Source: an uncultured delta proteobacterium
GTDB taxonomy: Bacteria > Myxococcota_A > Polyangia > Polyangiales > Polyangiaceae
Assembly: GCA_963696385.1 (NCBI GenBank)
Contig: CAVOKF010000007.1
Coordinates: 480,001 to 544,000, forward strand
Direction: 5' to 3'
DNA length: 64,000 nucleotides
Under the pieces are notes generated by a model that saw only the letters and a program-made list of their open reading frames with translations, did not search any database and had not been told where the DNA came from. The translations under genes were made by a program, and so were the position numbers. This document shows, piece after piece, positions 58,612 through 64,000 of the stretch; position 1 is the stretch's first letter, and every line of letters starts with the position of its first letter.

Positions 58612-60237
58612 TCACTCGCCGCAGTAGTGGGTACCCACGGCGAGCAGCCAGGCCCCGAAATTTCCTGAGTACGTCGCGGGGTCGCAAAACGCCGCAGGCC
58701 CGCTCAATGCGTCCGTGACGCACGAATCGAGCGCGAGATACGACGCGCACGTTCCCGACTGCGCCTGTGCGACGCACGCGTCGCCGCCGTCGGGGAGATC
58801 CGCCACGCAGTCCAGACAGACCTCGGTCAGGCAGTCGGCGATGCACGCGCTGTTGTGATTGCACGTGGCGTCGACGTAGGGCGCGACGCAGGCACGCATC
58901 GAGGCTTGCATGAGAGGCGACACGGTGGCCTCCGTGTCGGCGCTTACCCATACCGGCGTCCCGAACGCGAAGGTCTGCAAGCAGGCGAAGCACGGCGACC
59001 CCGACGAGGCCATTTGGAAGTCGAGACACTGCACGTCGTCCAACACCGCGCATGCCGCCGCGGCATTTTCAAGCTCGTTCATCGAGCACACCGCCTGGAC
59101 GGCGGGCGGCGCCTCTTGCAATGCCGCGGGGCAGCCCACGTAGGCCGAGGGGCACGTCATGCGCTGGCTCGCACAAGCGCCCGCGTTGATGTCGCACGTC
59201 GAAGGCGGGTCGAGCTGTGTGCAATCCTGGCACAGATCTCCCGGCAACCCGGTGCTGCACTGCGTATCGAGAAACCCCGACTGACAGTTGCCGACCGCAT
59301 CGCAACAGCCGCCGCACGTGTCCACGCACGTGGGCCCTCCGTCGGCGCCCGCGCAGCTGCCCGCCGCGCACTGACCGCCCGAGATCGTGCAGTCGGCGCA
59401 GGCTTGGCCCTCTTGGCCGCACTGCGTGTCGAGCGTGCCAGCCAAGCAGTTGCCCAAGACGTCGCAGCAGCCGCCCCGGCACTCTTGGTTGCAGGGCGGC
59501 CGGCCGCTCGGGGCGGCACACTGCTGATTGGAACACACTTTGCCGACGGCCGCGCAATCCAGGCAATTGCGGCCCCATTGGCCACAAGCGATGCCCGTCA
59601 GGCCTTGTTGGCAGTTGCCGTTGAAATCGCAGCAGCCCGATGGGCACGTGACCCCGTTGCATCCCTCGCCCCCCTCCTCGGGAGCGTAGACACACGTCTG
59701 AAAGCGGCATACGCGGCCCGAAGCGGTGCAATCCGCACAGGGTTCGCCTTGACCGCACAGCGCGTCGACCGAGCCCGATTGGCACACGCCGTTCGGGTCA
59801 CAGCAGCCGGCGGGACACGAGCAGACCCCGGGCAAAGCCTCGGGAGCCGCATCGACGGTGCCGGCCGAGAGGCTCGCATCGGCGTCGATGCTGGCGTTGG
59901 GATTGGGGGTCGCCGTCGAATCGGGGATCGCGCCCGCGTCGACCCGCGCGTCCGCCTCGGCGTGTGCGCTTGCCTCGGTGCCGGCGTCGGGCGTCACGGC
60001 GAGGTTCCCGTCGCTGGGCTCGTCGCCTGAGCCGGTTGCGTCGACGCTTCCGTCGCGCCAATCCTCGCTCGCGTCCGCGCTGGTCATTTCGGCGTCGTCC
60101 AAAACCGCTTTCCCGCCGCAGCCCGCACCGACAAGCACCAGGACGAGCGAGCCCCTCCGGCACACCGCACGGAACGCGGCGCGTCCGCCTCCCACGCGGT
60201 TCAGCCGACCGGCCACTCCTCGTCTCCAGCCCACCAT
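58612..60237 (-). CDS. Cys-rich repeat lipoprotein, paralog of the downstream gene
   Basis: AGCGG lipobox; same repeats; shared C-terminus C.PATY.GN.GAWL.AVG..YCG; start uncertain. Confidence 0.8.
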   Translation of the reverse strand: MVGWRRGVAGRLNRVGGGRAAFRAVCRRGSLVLVLVGAGCGGKAVLDDAEMTSADASEDWRDGSVDATGSGDEPSDGNLAVTPDAGTEASAHAEADARVDAGAIPDSTATPNPNASIDADASLSAGTVDAAPEALPGVCSCPAGCCDPNGVCQSGSVDALCGQGEPCADCTASGRVCRFQTCVYAPEEGGEGCNGVTCPSGCCDFNGNCQQGLTGIACGQWGRNCLDCAAVGKVCSNQQCAAPSGRPPCNQECRGGCCDVLGNCLAGTLDTQCGQEGQACADCTISGGQCAAGSCAGADGGPTCVDTCGGCCDAVGNCQSGFLDTQCSTGLPGDLCQDCTQLDPPSTCDINAGACASQRMTCPSAYVGCPAALQEAPPAVQAVCSMNELENAAAACAVLDDVQCLDFQMASSGSPCFACLQTFAFGTPVWVSADTEATVSPLMQASMRACVAPYVDATCNHNSACIADCLTEVCLDCVADLPDGGDACVAQAQSGTCASYLALDSCVTDALSGPAAFCDPATYSGNFGAWLLAVGTHYCGE

Positions 60238-60499
60238 GGACCTATGAGGGGCGAGCGGGTGAAATTTACCATCGGTTATCGCCTCGCGCCCGAGGAGTGC
60301 GGCTCGAAATGCGTTGCACATTTGCATTATCGCGGTCTACCGCCGAAGTAAGGCTGTTCGGCAGGTTGGCGCGAGCACATGGATCGAGCGGAAACGGCGG
60401 GGGTGGACTTTTGGGCGGGCCTCGGAAAGACTCGCGTTTCGCCCGCGATTGGAATTCTACGCTTGAGCGCCCGATTTTGAAGTCCCGATCGGAGGCAAG

Positions 60500-62737
60500 A
60501 TGAGGCTCGGCACGAAACGCGATGCCCTCGCCGGAGAACGCGCCGAGACGGCGCGGCGATCGGAACGCTCGGCTCCGCGAATCGTCGGCCGCGCGATCTC
60601 GCCGGCCGTCGCAACGATGGCGCTCGCCTTCTTGCAGTGCACCCATTCCACCTGTGCGAGCCAGCCGACTGCGAAACACGAAGCGGCGGGGGCCCCTTCG
60701 GCGGCTGTCCGCGCCGCTGGCCCTTTAGAAATCGCGGAGCTCGTCTACGACGACGGACTCAAAAATCAGTGGCAAGACTGGGGCTGGGCCCCGCGCGAGG
60801 TGCCTCGCGATGGCCCCGCCAAGGTTCGATTCAGCGACTACGGCGGGTGGATTCTCGCCAAGCCCGGACTGAGCGGGAGCTACGACGCGGTCCGCTTTCG
60901 GGTCAAACGGCCCGCGGGCGAGGGAGAGTTCCTGGAAGTCGGTGTGGAGCTCGGCGGCACGAAGAGGCCGCACATCCACGTGACCGCAGGCGATGCCAAG
61001 GATTTGGGCGACGGTTGGACCGAGGTCGTTCTCCCGATGGATCGGCTCAATCCTGGTTCTGCCCCCTTCGACCACGTCGTGTTCCAGGCGTATCGAACCG
61101 TGCCCGGGGATTGGGTACTGCTCAATGGGATTGCGCTCATGCGCCGTGTTTCGAAGCCTTCGACGGCTTACACCCCACAAGAAGCGAGGCCCGTGGCGGC
61201 GCGCGTCGCGTGCGATGCGCAAGCCATTCCGGTGAGCCCCCTCATCTATGGAGCCGCGGGAGACATCGACGCGACGATCCATCGTTGGGGCGGCAACCCA
61301 ACCACGACGTACAACTGGGAAGCCAAGGTGTGGAACGTCGGCAAAGACTGGTTTTTCGAAAATCACTCGGCGCCGGATTATCGGCAGTTTCTGAGTGAGA
61401 ATGCGTCCCACCACACGTTGTCGGCGCTGACGGTGCCCATCCTCGGCTGGGTTGCCAAGGACGGATCGTCGAACGGGTTTCCCGTCTCCGTGTACGGCCC
61501 ACAAGCCGAGACCGACCCGTGGCGTCCCGACGCCGGGAACGGACGGACACGGGCCGGCGCACCGATCAGCCCTATCCTGCCCCCTGCCGCGGGCCAACCA
61601 GCACCGCCCTCCTGGATCAAGCGATGGGTGTCGGAGATCGCCAGCGCGGATGCGAAAAGCGGCAAGCGCAGCGTCGCCGAGTACATCTTGGACAATGAAC
61701 CGATGCTTTGGCACGAGACCCATCGATCGATGCGGCCGGACCCTCTCGGGTACGACGAGTTGTTGCACCGCACGATCGACTACGGCAGCGCCATTCGCGA
61801 GGCAGACCCCACGGCGGTCATCGCCGGACCGGCGGAATGGGGCTGGACCGGGTACTTCTATTCGGCCAAGGACATCGCGCAGGGAGGCCCGTCGGCCCGG
61901 ATCGATCGACGCCTCCACGGCGATGTTCCACTGGTGGAGTGGTACCTTCGAAAGCTGCGCGACCAGGAGCAGACTTCGGGCGTCCGCATTCTCGACGTCT
62001 TCGATCTGCATTATTACCCCCAGGCGGACAAGGTCTATAGCGACGCATCCGATCCGGCGACGTCCGCGCTCCGTCTGCGGTCGACGCGAAGCCTCTGGGA
62101 CAAGACGTACGTCGACGAATCGTGGATCAAGGACACGATCGCGCTTCTGCCCCGCATGAGAGAGTGGGTGGATCGGAATTATCCAGGTCGAGCGATTTCG
62201 ATTGGCGAATGGAACTTCGGGGGAGAAGGGCACATTTCCGGCGCCCTTGCGATCGCCGAGACGCTTGGACGCTTCGCTCAGTTCGGCGTTACCTCGGCGT
62301 TCTACTGGATGGCCCCACCGCGTGGATCCCCGGGGGCGCAGGGATTTGTCGCCTATCGCAATTTCGACGGCAAGGGAGGTCGATTCCTCGACTGGTACGT
62401 TCCCACGACGTCGGCGTCGAGAGACGTGTCGCTCTTCGCCTCGCGGGACGATGGGGGTACCCATGGGGTTGTCGTCGTTGTCAACCTATCGTCCGAGGAT
62501 GCGATCCTCGTGAAGATCGACACGGCGTCGTGCGGCACCGTCGTATCGCGTCAGGCTTATTCGTTCAGCGCTGGAGCCTCGCAATTCCAGGCTACCGCAA
62601 TGCCGCCGACGAACGACGCGACCGTCAACCAGGTGCTGGCTCCCTGGTCGATTGCCGTCATCGACTTGCGCTTCGGGCCACCGATTCGCGGCCAACCGCA
62701 GCCCCCCGCGTCGGCGGCGGCGAGTACCGGCCCGTAG
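60500..62737 (+). CDS. Glycoside hydrolase family 44 with N-terminal accessory domain
   Basis: RWGGN..TTYNWE, LDNEPMLW (acid/base), GPAEWGW, DLHYYPQ, RSTRSLWD.TYVDESWI, IGEWNFGG (nucleophile); start may be later. Confidence 0.88.
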   Translation: MRLGTKRDALAGERAETARRSERSAPRIVGRAISPAVATMALAFLQCTHSTCASQPTAKHEAAGAPSAAVRAAGPLEIAELVYDDGLKNQWQDWGWAPREVPRDGPAKVRFSDYGGWILAKPGLSGSYDAVRFRVKRPAGEGEFLEVGVELGGTKRPHIHVTAGDAKDLGDGWTEVVLPMDRLNPGSAPFDHVVFQAYRTVPGDWVLLNGIALMRRVSKPSTAYTPQEARPVAARVACDAQAIPVSPLIYGAAGDIDATIHRWGGNPTTTYNWEAKVWNVGKDWFFENHSAPDYRQFLSENASHHTLSALTVPILGWVAKDGSSNGFPVSVYGPQAETDPWRPDAGNGRTRAGAPISPILPPAAGQPAPPSWIKRWVSEIASADAKSGKRSVAEYILDNEPMLWHETHRSMRPDPLGYDELLHRTIDYGSAIREADPTAVIAGPAEWGWTGYFYSAKDIAQGGPSARIDRRLHGDVPLVEWYLRKLRDQEQTSGVRILDVFDLHYYPQADKVYSDASDPATSALRLRSTRSLWDKTYVDESWIKDTIALLPRMREWVDRNYPGRAISIGEWNFGGEGHISGALAIAETLGRFAQFGVTSAFYWMAPPRGSPGAQGFVAYRNFDGKGGRFLDWYVPTTSASRDVSLFASRDDGGTHGVVVVVNLSSEDAILVKIDTASCGTVVSRQAYSFSAGASQFQATAMPPTNDATVNQVLAPWSIAVIDLRFGPPIRGQPQPPASAAASTGP

Positions 62738-63068
62738 CGGGCCGTTCTTGCGACGCGCGTCGGGGCGGGACCCGGCAGCCGGGCTCCCCGTCGCGAAGCC
62801 CTACTCAACTTCATCGCGATGCGATTTGCTGCGGTACCGTGAATTTGCAGCTGCGCCACCAAAAGAGCCCGCCGCGCTGGGGCCACGGACCGTGAACGGA
62901 CAGGACGGCAACGGCATCCGCCGTAGAGTTCGACGCTGCGGTTTCGGCGGGAGTGGATTTCCGTCGACCGAGGCGTCAGGATTCCCCGGGACCCGCGCTC
63001 TTTTTGGATCGGCCTGCGCGGGCCTGGTTTGAGACATCGCTTCGAATCAACGACGAGAACGGACTCCC

Positions 63069-64000
63069 ATGCGAACATCGACGACACTCTCGCTCAAGCT
63101 TGCGCTCCGTTTTGCCTCGTGTGCTCTGATCGCATGCGGCAGCAACACGGCGAACGTGGGCTCGGGCAACCAAAATTCCGCGGCCAGCTCGAGTCCGTCC
63201 ACCGTGGGCCTTGGAACCACGAGCTCTTCGAGCACGGGCACCCCGCTCGGCGGCGGGACTACGAGCTCTTCGAGCGCGAGCATGGCAGCCACGGGAGGAA
63301 GCACGAGCAGCAGCACGAGCCTGTCGACCGGCTCGGCCAGCTCGACGGGATCGGGCTCGACGACGAGCACGGGGGCTCCGCCTTCTGACGCCGGCGGAAA
63401 CACGGCCCCGCCCGATTCGGGGAGCGCTTCCGGGGAGGGCGGCACGGCTGGTTGTCCGGCGGGAGCGATCTTCTGCGACGGGTTCGAAGGCAGCACGATG
63501 CTCGACTCGAACTGGACCGTCCTCAATACGGGGGGCGCGGCCAATACCGCCACGGTGGTGACGACCAAGGCGCACACCGGCACGAACTCCGTGCACATCA
63601 GCTTCGCGAGCGGGGCAAGCGGGTACACCTTCATCAGTGAGACAAAGGGCTTTCCGATCACGACTGCCAGTTGGGGCCGGGTCTGGCTGTATGTGATGAC
63701 GACTCCGGGAGCCCACGAGATCTACATCCAGAGTTCGAACGGCATGAGTATCGGGAACAATGGCATCCGCGAGTTGAACACGTACAACGGGCCGGACGTT
63801 CGGACCAATATCGACCCGGTCGGCGGCGGGGAGACAAATGGGATCTCCACTCCTGCAGTGGCTTTGCCGATGGGAGTATGGACGTGCTTCGAGTGGACCG
63901 TGTCCTTGGCCGGCACGATGGGAACCACCTCCCTGTACATGAATGCCACCGGCACGACCACCTCGGCGCTCGTGCCCGGGACGACGGCCACCTTCCCGTC
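63069..64000 (+). CDS. Secreted lipoprotein, Ser/Thr/Gly linker plus Cip1/ConA-like domain (partial, runs off the window)
   Basis: Not in the ORF track because it has no stop; ATG 63069 MRTSTTLSLKLALRFASCALIAC; CPAGAIFCDGFE...KAHTGTNSVHI...WTCFEW. Confidence 0.75.
   Translation, partial: MRTSTTLSLKLALRFASCALIACGSNTANVGSGNQNSAASSSPSTVGLGTTSSSSTGTPLGGGTTSSSSASMAATGGSTSSSTSLSTGSASSTGSGSTTSTGAPPSDAGGNTAPPDSGSASGEGGTAGCPAGAIFCDGFEGSTMLDSNWTVLNTGGAANTATVVTTKAHTGTNSVHISFASGASGYTFISETKGFPITTASWGRVWLYVMTTPGAHEIYIQSSNGMSIGNNGIRELNTYNGPDVRTNIDPVGGGETNGISTPAVALPMGVWTCFEWTVSLAGTMGTTSLYMNATGTTTSALVPGTTATFP

Noticed and set aside
62740..63060. Long intergenic region as a possible riboswitch
   Set aside because: No conserved riboswitch motif recognisable by eye; an Rfam/Infernal scan would be needed

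Overview
High-GC bacterial window (GC judged by eye, not computed). Its gene content (many Cys-rich and Ser/Gly-linker lipoproteins, GH44, a SWIM-SNF2 helicase, a di-heme/beta-propeller lipoprotein) suggests a myxobacterium of the Polyangiales/Sorangium type, which is inference. I found no rRNA, tRNA or CRISPR array. Main blocks: (1) a WYL regulator plus SRPBCC-EVE module with a 56-bp inverted repeat around the WYL gene (2.2-4.0 kb); (2) a Type III-like restriction-modification pair whose Res nuclease motif lacks the catalytic Lys (6.7-11.2 kb); (3) assorted hydrolases, a hybrid kinase and lipoproteins; (4) the best novelty candidate, a translationally coupled three-gene operon encoding a wHTH-like protein, an AAA+ ATPase and a Cas4/AddB-like Fe-S nuclease fused to a membrane-anchor-less FtsK motor, lying just downstream of an integrase scar (27.8-32.7 kb); (5) two ABC transporter pairs; (6) an organosulfur-scavenging cluster (ssuE, ssuD, msuC-like, sfnG, sfnB) with six sigma54 -24/-12 promoters, an SfnR-like activator fused to an SsuA-like binding domain, and a ferritin-like di-iron gene that appears to share the regulon (38.3-48.1 kb); (7) SNF2 helicase, arsC, GST, an orphan nucleotidyltransferase and secreted Cys-rich or glycan-active proteins. 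Several short gene remnants (TetR, VapC, epimerase, integrase, ArsR) mark a high-turnover region. Three single-base frameshifts in short homopolymers may be sequencing errors. All product calls come from motif recognition without database searches.
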